Shown: positions 9,304 to 17,874 of the stretch, one piece after another
How positions within the stretch are numbered: the stretch's first letter is position 1
Layout: each line of letters opens with the position of its first letter
Assembly (NCBI GenBank): GCA_046349655.1
Contig: JAXMBY010000012.1
Location: 50,405-114,404, forward strand
Length of the DNA stretch: 64,000 bases
DNA from: Planctomycetota bacterium
GTDB taxonomy: Bacteria; Planctomycetota; B15-G4; JAXMBY01
Direction of reading: 5' to 3'
Notes under the pieces: model-generated
Seen by the model: only the letters and a program-made list of their open reading frames with translations
Told to the model about the DNA's origin: nothing
Database searches by the model: none
Position numbers and translations under genes: made by a program

Positions 9304-11598
9304 ATGTCGTTCGGCTCGATGCTTCGCTCGGCGCTCGTGGGCTTTGGCCTCGGCGTGGTCGCGTGCCTCGCGGCGGTGCTGCTGCCCGCACGCACCGCTC
9401 TGCCGCCGCCCCTGTGCGCTGCCGCGGTGCTGCTGGTGCCGATCCTCGCCGAGGGATTGCTGCGTCGCGCCGGTGTGTCGCTCGGCAGCTTCTCGCCGTG
9501 GGGATTGCTGCTGGGCGAGGGGGGCGGCATCGCCGCGCTCATCGGCGTGATCCTGCTCGACTGGCCGTTGTCGATCGTCGGCGCCGCGGCCGCAACCATC
9601 GGCGCGCTCGCATTCTTCCGGCCGGTAGGACACACCGCCTCGCGCGGGCGGCCGCTTCACTATGCCACAATCGGGGCGGTGAGCACGCTGCTCACGATCG
9701 GCGCAACCGCACGCTGGCTGAATGCGATGCCGCTCACGAGCATGCCGGTCTTCGGTCCGCTGATCGTGGCGGCCACGCTGCTGGTGCTCACCTGCGCCGG
9801 GGCCGCGGCGAGCTCGCTGCTGCGCCACCGGCTCCGCAAGCGCACCATCGAGATGGTCATGCCGTTCCTGATCGGCGCCGGCATCGTCGTGCTCGCCGCG
9901 CTGGTGCGACCCGTGCCGCGCGTCGCCGCAAATGCGTTCGCGACGCAGGTCGAGCTGCCGTCCCTCTCGTTCCTCACGTACCTGCTCGGCATCGCGCTGA
10001 TCGCCGTGCGGCTCCTGTTCCTGCCGGCCATCGCCGCCGGCTTCTGCCTCGGCTTCATCTACGGCATCCGCCGCCGACGTGGTCGCAGCTTCTTGCTCGC
10101 CACCACACCGAGCCTGCTGAGCTTGCTGGTGCTCGCCACGCCGGTGCTGCCGCTGGTGGCCCGGCTTGCCCAGCCGGAGGTTGAATCGGCACCGTGGGTC
10201 GGTCTCTGCTCGCCGGAGTCGGCGGTGTTCCACCCGGCTGATCTGCCCGATTCCGAGCTGGTCGCCTTCGCGTCCACATTGATCGAGCCGGCACGCGGAC
10301 CGCTGCTGATCGTCGGCGACGGTGCGGATGCGCTTCGCGAGCGATTCGCGGCGGCTGGCCACGGCTGGTGCCTCGCCGCGGAGCACGCCGCGGACGCGGC
10401 AGCCGAGCTGGCACGCCACGAGCAGGGAGGTTCGCTGCGGGCCGGCGCCCTGCTGCTGCTGCCGAGCGTCCTCGGTGCTCCCGATCCCGGGCTGCCGCCA
10501 GGCTGGCCGCTGTTCCAGGGGCTGCGCACGCTGACCGCAACGGGTGCGGCCATGGTGCAGATCTTGAGCCTCGGCACCACGTCGCTCGATTGCCTCCGCG
10601 CCGTCGTCGCGACCATTGGTGCCGCGTTCGGCCCACCAGCCCTGTGGGTGAGCGGCATCCACGGCCTCGTGGTGTGCGCGCCGAGCGAGGCCCAGCGCCG
10701 GCTCGAGCCGCTCGAGCAACGCGCCACCGGTCCGTGGCGGATCCTCGCGTCGAGCGAGGTCGCGCGCATCGGCGAGGCAGAGACCCAGCTGCCGATCGCA
10801 TTCCTGGCACCGCAGTGGCAGCGTCGCCTGCAACCGTACGATCCGCTGCTGGCAGCGCGCCATCTCCGGTGGTTGCTCGGCATCAGCTCATGGCCGTCGA
10901 GCGCGGTGACCGACGCCAACCACTTTCGCGCTCGGGTCGTGGAATCGTTGATCGCCGCGCGGCTCACGCTCGATCGTCCGAGGGAGATCGAGCTGGCGCA
11001 GGCGGGCCTTGCCGCCTTGCCGGGCGACGCCGCGATCGCGAGCTTCTGCAACAATGCCGACGCCCACTACGGCGAGCTGAAGGAACGGGTGCTGAACGGC
11101 CTGCGCGCCCTGCCCGGTGATACCACGCTCAACTTCGAGCTGGCACGCTTGCACGCGGCCGATGGGTCCTATCAGGCCGCACAGGAGCTGTTGACCGGAA
11201 CGGTGATTCGCCTGCGGCGCAATCTGGTGGAAGCCTACAGCGTGCTGGCAGACGTGCTCGAGCACATGGACCGGGCTCGTGGCTTGCCTGGAGTCATCGA
11301 GAAGAACGGTCTCCCGTATTGCGGCGAGGCCCTCGACGTCGTCGAGACCGCGGTCCGCGGCTACGCCGGGGCGGGCGATGCAGGCAAGGCACGAAGCTGG
11401 CTCGAGGTGCTCCGGCGCAGGGACCCGACCCGACCGGGTCTCGCGCTGCTGGCGGCCGAAGTGGCGCTCGCGGAGCAGAGAATCGATGACGCGCGCGGCT
11501 GGCTCGAGCGCGCCCGCACCGAGGATCCGCTGTCCCAGCGGATCGGCGCGGCCCTGCGGCGGCTCGACCCGCAGGCGGCGGCGCGCCCACACAACTGA
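9304..11598 (+). CDS. Polytopic membrane protein with Rossmann-like middle segment and TPR-like C-terminus
   Basis: The real start is ATG 9304 inside track ORF 8272..11598; the first 1 kb of that ORF is an out-of-frame overlap with the MCE gene. It has multiple hydrophobic segments. LLIVGDGADALRERFAAAG recalls spermidine-synthase-like fused membrane proteins. The C-terminal repeats are helical and TPR-like. Confidence 0.6.
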   Translation: MSFGSMLRSALVGFGLGVVACLAAVLLPARTALPPPLCAAAVLLVPILAEGLLRRAGVSLGSFSPWGLLLGEGGGIAALIGVILLDWPLSIVGAAAATIGALAFFRPVGHTASRGRPLHYATIGAVSTLLTIGATARWLNAMPLTSMPVFGPLIVAATLLVLTCAGAAASSLLRHRLRKRTIEMVMPFLIGAGIVVLAALVRPVPRVAANAFATQVELPSLSFLTYLLGIALIAVRLLFLPAIAAGFCLGFIYGIRRRRGRSFLLATTPSLLSLLVLATPVLPLVARLAQPEVESAPWVGLCSPESAVFHPADLPDSELVAFASTLIEPARGPLLIVGDGADALRERFAAAGHGWCLAAEHAADAAAELARHEQGGSLRAGALLLLPSVLGAPDPGLPPGWPLFQGLRTLTATGAAMVQILSLGTTSLDCLRAVVATIGAAFGPPALWVSGIHGLVVCAPSEAQRRLEPLEQRATGPWRILASSEVARIGEAETQLPIAFLAPQWQRRLQPYDPLLAARHLRWLLGISSWPSSAVTDANHFRARVVESLIAARLTLDRPREIELAQAGLAALPGDAAIASFCNNADAHYGELKERVLNGLRALPGDTTLNFELARLHAADGSYQAAQELLTGTVIRLRRNLVEAYSVLADVLEHMDRARGLPGVIEKNGLPYCGEALDVVETAVRGYAGAGDAGKARSWLEVLRRRDPTRPGLALLAAEVALAEQRIDDARGWLERARTEDPLSQRIGAALRRLDPQAAARPHN

Positions 11599-11649
11599 CG
11601 CGCGCCGTGCCGGTCGACCGCACGCAGGCTGGCGCCGCGCGCACCGGAT

Positions 11650-12402
11650 TCACGCTGGCAGCTCGCGCCGGTGCATGCGGCAGAACAGCGACACGCCAAA
11701 AGGCAGGCTGACGAGCTTCATCAGCTCGATCTCCGCGCGCATGATTCCACCCAGCAACAGCTCGAGCGGCGCTGGCAGCTTGACGAAGAAATCGCTGGTG
11801 GCGTGGTCCAGGTGCGCGCGGCGCCGAGCACGCAGCTTGCGAAACGCCCACACCGGCGGCAGCAGCGTCATCGAGTAGTAGGAGAGTTGCTCGATGTGAA
11901 ACCCTGTCTCGGCAAGCTTGCGCCGCAGCTCTCCCGCCGTGTAGCGACGGAAGTGATGGAACGCTTCGTCGTGCGGGCTCCACAGGAACATGAATGCCGG
12001 CACCGTGATCAGGATGAGGGCATCAGGGCGAGCTACCCTGGCGATCTCGCGCAGCGCCTGGCGGTCGTCGGCAAAGTGCTCGAGCGCATCGAGCGCCAGG
12101 ATCGCATCGAACGAGCTCGAACGAAACGGCAGGTGCAGCGCGTCGCCCTGCACCAAGCGCTTGACGCCGCGCTTGCCGCACAGCCGGATGGTCTCGGGCG
12201 AGATGTCGACACCCCAGGTCTGGCCATAGGCTGTGAGAAAACGGAACGACATGCCCGTGGCCGACGCGATATCGAGGATCTTGAGCGGCCCGTGCAGTTC
12301 GTGGTGCGCCCGGATCTGGTTCTCGACCAGACGGCGACGGCCCCGGTACCACCAGTTGGTCTCCTCGACCTCGAACATCTTGTCGAACTCGCGGGTGTCC
12401 AT
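11650..12402 (-). CDS. Class I SAM-dependent methyltransferase
   Basis: From ATG 12402 within track ORF 11650..13329: MDTREFDKMFEVEETNWWYRGRR. Motif I is ILDIASATGMS and the post-I acidic residue is in WGVDIS. Confidence 0.8.
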   Translation of the reverse strand: MDTREFDKMFEVEETNWWYRGRRRLVENQIRAHHELHGPLKILDIASATGMSFRFLTAYGQTWGVDISPETIRLCGKRGVKRLVQGDALHLPFRSSSFDAILALDALEHFADDRQALREIARVARPDALILITVPAFMFLWSPHDEAFHHFRRYTAGELRRKLAETGFHIEQLSYYSMTLLPPVWAFRKLRARRRAHLDHATSDFFVKLPAPLELLLGGIMRAEIELMKLVSLPFGVSLFCRMHRRELPA

Positions 12403-12467
12403 CTGGCAAGCGCCTTTGCTGATCGGGATCGGCAGCGTCGGGTGATGCGGCTCGCGGCGGTGTGCCT

Positions 12468-13345
12468 CTACGGGAACGCGGCGATCGCCACGATGGCGAT
12501 CGCCAGGCCCAACAACCAGAGCAGCGCCACCGCCGCCGCGGGATTCCATCCGGCTTGCATGAGGCGATGCGAGAGGTGGCGTCGATCGCCATACCACGGA
12601 GCGATGCCAAGCCGCAAGCGTACCAGCGTGACCCAGGCCGCGTCCACCAGCGGAACGGCAATCAGCGCGGGCGCGAGCCAGCCCATCTGCCATGGGCTCA
12701 CCCAGACGGCGAGGATCATCCCGAGCCCGTAGCTGCCGCCATCGCCGAGGAACAGCCACGCACGCGGATAGTTGAAGGGCAGGAAGCCGAGCGATGCGCC
12801 GGCGACAGTGGCCAGCACGATCTGCTGATCCGCGGCGAGCGCACGAGGGCTCGTGCCGAGAGCGAACGCCACGAACGGGATCGCGGCCAGCCCGGGGGAG
12901 AGACCGTTCGCGTTGTCCGACAGGTTGAAGGCGTTGAGGACGGTGAAGCACCACGCGAACGCCATCAGCTGTTCCCACGAAGGCACGCGCACCTGCGGCA
13001 GGGCACAGCTTGCCAGGAGCGCCGCGGCCGCCAGCCCCACGAGTTTCACCGCCAGCGGGAACGCGTCCTTGCGCCGGTCGTCCAGCAGGCCAACGAGGAC
13101 TGCCATCGCGATCGCGAGCAGGGCGGCAGGATGCACGCTCTCGAAGCGAAGCCCAGCCACCGCCGCGCCAGCGACGATGCCGCAGAGCACCGCCACTCCT
13201 CCCAGCAACGGCATCGGCGCGCGCTGCAGCTTGCGTGCTCCGGGCCGATCCACCACGTGCCAGGCGAGGGCAAGCCGGCGGCACAGCGGTGCGGCCAGCG
13301 CGGTCGTGACGCCCGCAATGCCGAACCAAAGACCGCCCTGATCAC
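12468..13345 (-). CDS. WecA/MraY-family polyprenyl-phosphate sugar-1-phosphate transferase; start region probably carries a frame break
   Basis: VVDRPGARKLQRAPMPLLGGVAV, LLDDRRK, FNLSDNANGLS and NYPRAWLFLGDGGSYGLG match the family. No start codon lies in frame between the upstream stop and TM1. A GTG at 13345 overlaps the upstream stop (GTGA) and reads MIRAVFG in the adjacent frame. One extra nt near 13321-13328 would give MIRAVFGFGIAGVTTALAAP... Confidence 0.7.
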
Positions 13346-14505
13346 GCGGTGGCCTCGCAGCGTAGCTCGAGTCCCAGCTCCTCGTAGACCTCGAACAGCT
13401 TCTGCCGATGGCGCTCCGGCGTGTAGGTTCCGCGCAGCCGTGCCTGGCCACGCGCACCCATGCCCCGCGCCTCCGGAAGATGATCGACCAGCCATGCGAG
13501 CCGCTCGGTGAGCGCCGCCGGTTGATTGGCCGCCACCAGCCAGCCGTCCTCTCCATCGCGGACCAGGTCAGCAACTCCGCCCACATCGGTGGCGATCACC
13601 GGCACTCCTTCGAGCAGCGCCTCGAGGAGCGCCATCGGGAATCCCTCGTTGACAGAGGGCAGCACGATGGCATCGAAGGCCGAGTACCACCGGCGCGGCT
13701 GGTTCATGAATCCCGCGAACGCGACCTGCCCGGCCAGATGCCTGCGGGCGACCAGGGCCTCGAGCCGTGCTCGCTCGACGCCGCCGCCGATCAGCAAGGC
13801 GCGAACGACCGTGCCGCGCCTGGCCAGCTGCTCGAGCGCCTCGAACAGCACCGGGTGTCCCTTGATCGGGGCGAGCCGCGCCGGAACCGCCACCACCACA
13901 TCGTCCTGCGCAAGGCCGAGTTCGGCGCGGGCAGCCGCGCGTGGCAAGTAGCCTTCCACCGAGTCCGGTGCGCCGCCCTCCACGACTCGGAACCGGTCTC
14001 GATCGCCGATCCGGAACCTGTCCACGAGCTCGTCTCGCACTCGCGGCGAGACCGCGATCAGCCGATCCGTGCGGGCCGCAACCGAGCGTTCCAGCGCGAG
14101 CAGCGGGCGCGCAACGGGCCACGAGAAGTAACCCCGGAAGACGTGGCCGTGATACGTGTGGACGAGCCTTGGCCGCTGCGCGAGCGAGCACGCGGCAAGT
14201 CGAGCCAGGACACCCGACTTCGCGAGATGAGTGTGAACGAGGTGCGGGCGCTCCCGACGCAGGAGATCACGCAGCGACCGCCAGGCGCGGCAATCGCGCC
14301 CAGGCGCGATTGGCCGCACCAGCTCGGGCAGGCGCACGAGACGCACGCCGGGTGCCTCGATTGCGATCTCGTCCTCGTGCCGATCCACGGCGCCGATCAC
14401 GAGCACACTCTCGACGCCGGCGGCAGCGAGCGCGACGCTGTCAGCCACGGCGGTCTTGCCTGGCCCGCCCACATTCAGGCGCGTGATGACGCGGACGACC
14501 TTCAT
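13342..14505 (-). CDS. GT4-family (group 1) glycosyltransferase
   Basis: From ATG 14505 within track ORF 13342..15186: MKVVRVITRLNVGGPGK... It has the EX7E region NEGFPMALLEALLEGVPVIATDVGG. Confidence 0.85.
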   Translation of the reverse strand: MKVVRVITRLNVGGPGKTAVADSVALAAAGVESVLVIGAVDRHEDEIAIEAPGVRLVRLPELVRPIAPGRDCRAWRSLRDLLRRERPHLVHTHLAKSGVLARLAACSLAQRPRLVHTYHGHVFRGYFSWPVARPLLALERSVAARTDRLIAVSPRVRDELVDRFRIGDRDRFRVVEGGAPDSVEGYLPRAAARAELGLAQDDVVVAVPARLAPIKGHPVLFEALEQLARRGTVVRALLIGGGVERARLEALVARRHLAGQVAFAGFMNQPRRWYSAFDAIVLPSVNEGFPMALLEALLEGVPVIATDVGGVADLVRDGEDGWLVAANQPAALTERLAWLVDHLPEARGMGARGQARLRGTYTPERHRQKLFEVYEELGLELRCEATA

Positions 14506-16343
14506 GAAGGCCGACCAAGCATCGCTCGGTCCTCGCTCACGACCGCTCGCCGCTCCGGCAACGAGGCGAACCAGGTCTCGAGCATCAGCAACGCAAACAG
14601 GCGGTGGCCGTGATCGACCGGTCCCCGACCATGTGCTTCCAGGAAGGAGGCTGCCACCGGCCCATCGACGATCCGTGCTCGGGCGAGAACGTCGCGGGCG
14701 AAATCGCGGAAGGCAGGTTGACAAAACCAGGCCGCCACGGGCACGCCAAACCCGCTCTTGCGCCGCGTCGCCACCCGTCGAGGCAGACGCCGCGCGGCCA
14801 GCATGCGCAGCACCGGCTTGGTCTGCCACCACGAGAACAAGACCGCTCGCGGCGCCTGCAGCGCGAGCGCGACCACCCGCTCGTCCAGGAACGGACACCG
14901 GACCTCGATGCCGTGAGCCATGGACGTTCGGTCGACCTTCGCCAGCAGGCCGTGCGCAAGCGGGCCGCACAGCTCGTCCATGGCAGGATCGCCACCGCTC
15001 TCCTCGGGCAAAACGGTCATGCCGGGCAGCAGAGCACTGATCCCAGGACGGCCGAACAGTTCGCGCCAGTAGGCAAGCCGCTCGAGCTCGGGCCGCCGCG
15101 CCCCGCTCAGCAGGCGTTGCACCGACCGGCCAAGCCGGCCTTCTCCGGAGACGTTCGGATGATCGTCCGCCAGACGCGACAGCCACTGCACGATCGGCAG
15201 CCTCGAAAGGGTGAGAGCTTGCATGCGCCGGTAGCCAAAGAAGAGCTCGTCCCCCCCATCGCCGGAGAGCACGATCGCGAAATCTCCCGCGAGCGCGCGG
15301 AACACGGCATCACCAGCGAATGCCGACGAGTCGGCGATCGGGTCGCCGAGGTCAGCAACGAACCGCCGCCAACCAGCCGCGTCCGGCGCGGATAAATCCA
15401 CACAGCGCCAGGGAAGGCCGAGGTGCCTGGCAGTGGCCTGCGCCGCGGCCACCTCCGAGGCATCCCATCCCGTGCGCACGGTGACGCAGGGGATTGCGGG
15501 ATCGAGGTCGCGTGCGAACGACGCGACCAGGCCTGAGTCCAGACCGCCCGAGAGCAAGACCGATGTCGGCCGCGAGGACTCGAGTCGAGCGCGCACCGAC
15601 GATGCCAGGGCGGCGGACACTGCGTGGGAAAACTCGGTCCGCACTCGTTGCGTCGGCCCGGCCATCCGCGGGGATCGAGGACAGGCGACCGTGGCAAATG
15701 GCGCACTGGGAATAATTTCGCGATCGGACGCACGCAGGGCATGTCCGGGTGGCAGCGTCCTGGCCTCGGCCAGGATGCTCGCCGGCGCGCGCACGAATCC
15801 TTGTCGAAGGAACTGCGCGACCGCCGCGGGATCCGCGTCATGGGAGATGGCTCGCGACGCCGCGAGCGTGCGCAGATCCGAGGCGAACACGAGTCCACCT
15901 CGTGGGGTGGCAAACATCAGCGGCTTCTTCCCCAGGCGATCCCGCGCCAGCAGCAGCTGGCGACGCCGCCCGTCCCAGACGGCCAGGGCGAACGGTCCCG
16001 CCAGCATCGCGAGAAACTCCGCGCCGAATTCCTGATAGAGCGCCGGAATCAGGTGGCCATCGCAGCCCGACTCGAATTCATGTCCGCGGCGCGCGAGCTC
16101 CTCCCGCAATTCCCGATGGTTGGTGAGCTCGCCATTGAACACGGCAGTGATCCTGCGGTCGCTGCTGAGCCAAGGAGGATCCCCACTCGCCGAGACATCC
16201 TGGACGCGCAAGCGCGCCATGCCAATGACGATCCCACGATCACGCATGTGCCAGCGGACGTCCGGGCCGCGGCGAGACGCGAGGCCCTGCATCGCCGCGA
16301 CGTCGACGTCGACATCGCCGAGAGCACCGAAGATTCCACACAT
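14502..16343 (-). CDS. asnB: Asparagine synthase (glutamine-hydrolysing) family amidotransferase
   Basis: N-terminal MCGIFG (Ntn glutaminase) and PP-loop VLLSGGLDSGLVAS; 613 aa, intact. It has an ATGA overlap with the downstream GT4 gene. Confidence 0.9.
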   Translation of the reverse strand: MCGIFGALGDVDVDVAAMQGLASRRGPDVRWHMRDRGIVIGMARLRVQDVSASGDPPWLSSDRRITAVFNGELTNHRELREELARRGHEFESGCDGHLIPALYQEFGAEFLAMLAGPFALAVWDGRRRQLLLARDRLGKKPLMFATPRGGLVFASDLRTLAASRAISHDADPAAVAQFLRQGFVRAPASILAEARTLPPGHALRASDREIIPSAPFATVACPRSPRMAGPTQRVRTEFSHAVSAALASSVRARLESSRPTSVLLSGGLDSGLVASFARDLDPAIPCVTVRTGWDASEVAAAQATARHLGLPWRCVDLSAPDAAGWRRFVADLGDPIADSSAFAGDAVFRALAGDFAIVLSGDGGDELFFGYRRMQALTLSRLPIVQWLSRLADDHPNVSGEGRLGRSVQRLLSGARRPELERLAYWRELFGRPGISALLPGMTVLPEESGGDPAMDELCGPLAHGLLAKVDRTSMAHGIEVRCPFLDERVVALALQAPRAVLFSWWQTKPVLRMLAARRLPRRVATRRKSGFGVPVAAWFCQPAFRDFARDVLARARIVDGPVAASFLEAHGRGPVDHGHRLFALLMLETWFASLPERRAVVSEDRAMLGRPS

Positions 16344-16360
16344 GCGGTCGTTTCACCCGT

Positions 16361-17368
16361 CTAGCGCACCGGCAGCAGTCCCGGTTTGCAGGTGCTTCGC
16401 ATGGCATCGAGCGCCTCGCCGACGATCGCGTCGAGCGCTCGAGGGGCGGCGGAACACAGCAGCGAGCGAAGCAGGGTGAGGTCCGGGCGGCGACGGCGGA
16501 AATCGCGGAACGCCGGCCCGAAAGCAGCCGGGTATGGGACCATCATGACCCGTGAGCTGGAGGCGCTGAGCGAGATGATGCGGTCGGCCAGCTCGCCAAT
16601 CGAGATCTCCGCATCGGAACCCACATTGATCGTCTTGCCGTACACCCCATCGAGATCGATGAGTTGCAGCACCCATTGCACGAGGTCCGCCACGTGCAGG
16701 AAGCACCGGGTCTGGCGACCGTCGCCATGGATGGGAAGGGGCAGGCCGCGCAACGCCCGATCGCAGAACCGGGCCAGCACCATTCCCGACGCTGGATCTT
16801 GCCCAGGTCCGGCGATGTTGAAAGGTCGCACGACCATCACCTGAAGGCCCGCACGCGCGCCGAGCTCGTGCGCGAGCGATTCAGCCGAGATCTTGCCAGC
16901 CGCATAAGAGAACCGAGCATCCGCGGCAGGCACTTCAGCAGGCGGGAGAGATTCCGCGAGGGCGCATTCGCGGTCAGGACCATAGACCTCCGAGGTCGAG
17001 AAGAGCACGCATGGTATCCCCCTCTGGGCACAGATCTCCAGGACGTTGCGAGAGCCGTCTGCGGCGACCCGATAAGCATGGTGGGGATTCCTCAGCACGC
17101 GCTCGACGCCAACGACCGACGCGAGATGGAACACCAGCGAGCCGTGCAGCAGGGTGGAAAGGGCCGATCGATTCAAGACCGAGGCGTGCTCGATCTTCAC
17201 CCGATCACGGCCGACCAGATCGTGCGGCACGGCGCGTCCCGAGCTCCCATCATCGATGATGAGCACGTGGCTGCCGCGCCGCGAGAGCACGCGCGAGAGG
17301 TGGGACCCGATGAAGCCGAGCCCGCCGGTGATCACCACTCGGTCCGTTCGGCTGTCGCCATGCCTCAA
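16361..17368 (-). CDS. NAD-dependent sugar epimerase/dehydratase (SDR family)
   Basis: The best start is TTG 17368 (GAAAGGAG 9 nt upstream). It has ITGGLGFIGSHL (GxxGxxG) and the catalytic YAAGK. The longer track ORF 16361..17530 has a non-family N-terminus. Confidence 0.8.
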   Translation of the reverse strand: MRHGDSRTDRVVITGGLGFIGSHLSRVLSRRGSHVLIIDDGSSGRAVPHDLVGRDRVKIEHASVLNRSALSTLLHGSLVFHLASVVGVERVLRNPHHAYRVAADGSRNVLEICAQRGIPCVLFSTSEVYGPDRECALAESLPPAEVPAADARFSYAAGKISAESLAHELGARAGLQVMVVRPFNIAGPGQDPASGMVLARFCDRALRGLPLPIHGDGRQTRCFLHVADLVQWVLQLIDLDGVYGKTINVGSDAEISIGELADRIISLSASSSRVMMVPYPAAFGPAFRDFRRRRPDLTLLRSLLCSAAPRALDAIVGEALDAMRSTCKPGLLPVR

Positions 17369-17514
17369 GGGAGTTGGCTCCTTTCTCGACTTGCTGCTTC
17401 CCGATGGCCTCCCGTTCGACCCGAGACCCGCGTTCTGTATTCCCGCCGGCTTGAGTCGAGGTGGCCACCCTGCTACAAGCTCCGGTCGAATCAGTCGTCC
17501 ATGAGGAACCGTTG

Positions 17515-17835
17515 ATGAGCAAGCCACCAACTAACCAGCCGCCCAGCAATCAGGAAGAAGAATATTTCGCTCGCCTCGAATACCTGAAGCTGAAGAAGCT
17601 CAAGCTCGAGACCCAAGCGGCGATGGCGCAGGCTGAACGTGATCGACTGAAGGCCCTGCATCACATGCGCTGCCCCAAGTGTGGGATGGAGCTGGTCGAG
17701 GTCCCTTACCGCAAGATCAAGATCGACAAGTGCACGAATTGCGCCGGTGTCTGGATGGATGTCGGCGAGCTGGAGCAGGTGGCCCCCCACGCGCGCGACT
17801 TTCTCGGCAACCTGTTCGGCATCTTCAAGAGCTAG
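17515..17835 (+). CDS. Small zinc-ribbon (zf-TFIIB-like) protein with N-terminal coiled-coil
   Basis: From ATG 17515: MSKPPTNQPP...RCPKCGMELVEV...KIDKCTNCAGVWMDVGELEQV. It has two CxxC pairs. Confidence 0.65.
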   Translation: MSKPPTNQPPSNQEEEYFARLEYLKLKKLKLETQAAMAQAERDRLKALHHMRCPKCGMELVEVPYRKIKIDKCTNCAGVWMDVGELEQVAPHARDFLGNLFGIFKS

Positions 17836-17874
17836 CCGGACGTCGGCTCGCGCGCAGGTGCAGTTGCGCGCAAG

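Noticed and set aside
8272-11598. A single 1108-aa protein as listed in the ORF track
   Set aside because: Its first ~1 kb is an alternative frame of the MCE gene (Arg/Ala/Ser junk). The real product starts at ATG 9304 with a hydrophobic N-terminus.
17850-17871. A 7-bp GC hairpin (GCGCGCA...TGCGCGC) between the zinc-ribbon gene and the YfhO-like gene, as a terminator
   Set aside because: It has no U-tract and ends 3 nt before the proposed GTG start. It may affect translation initiation, but I cannot support a terminator call.
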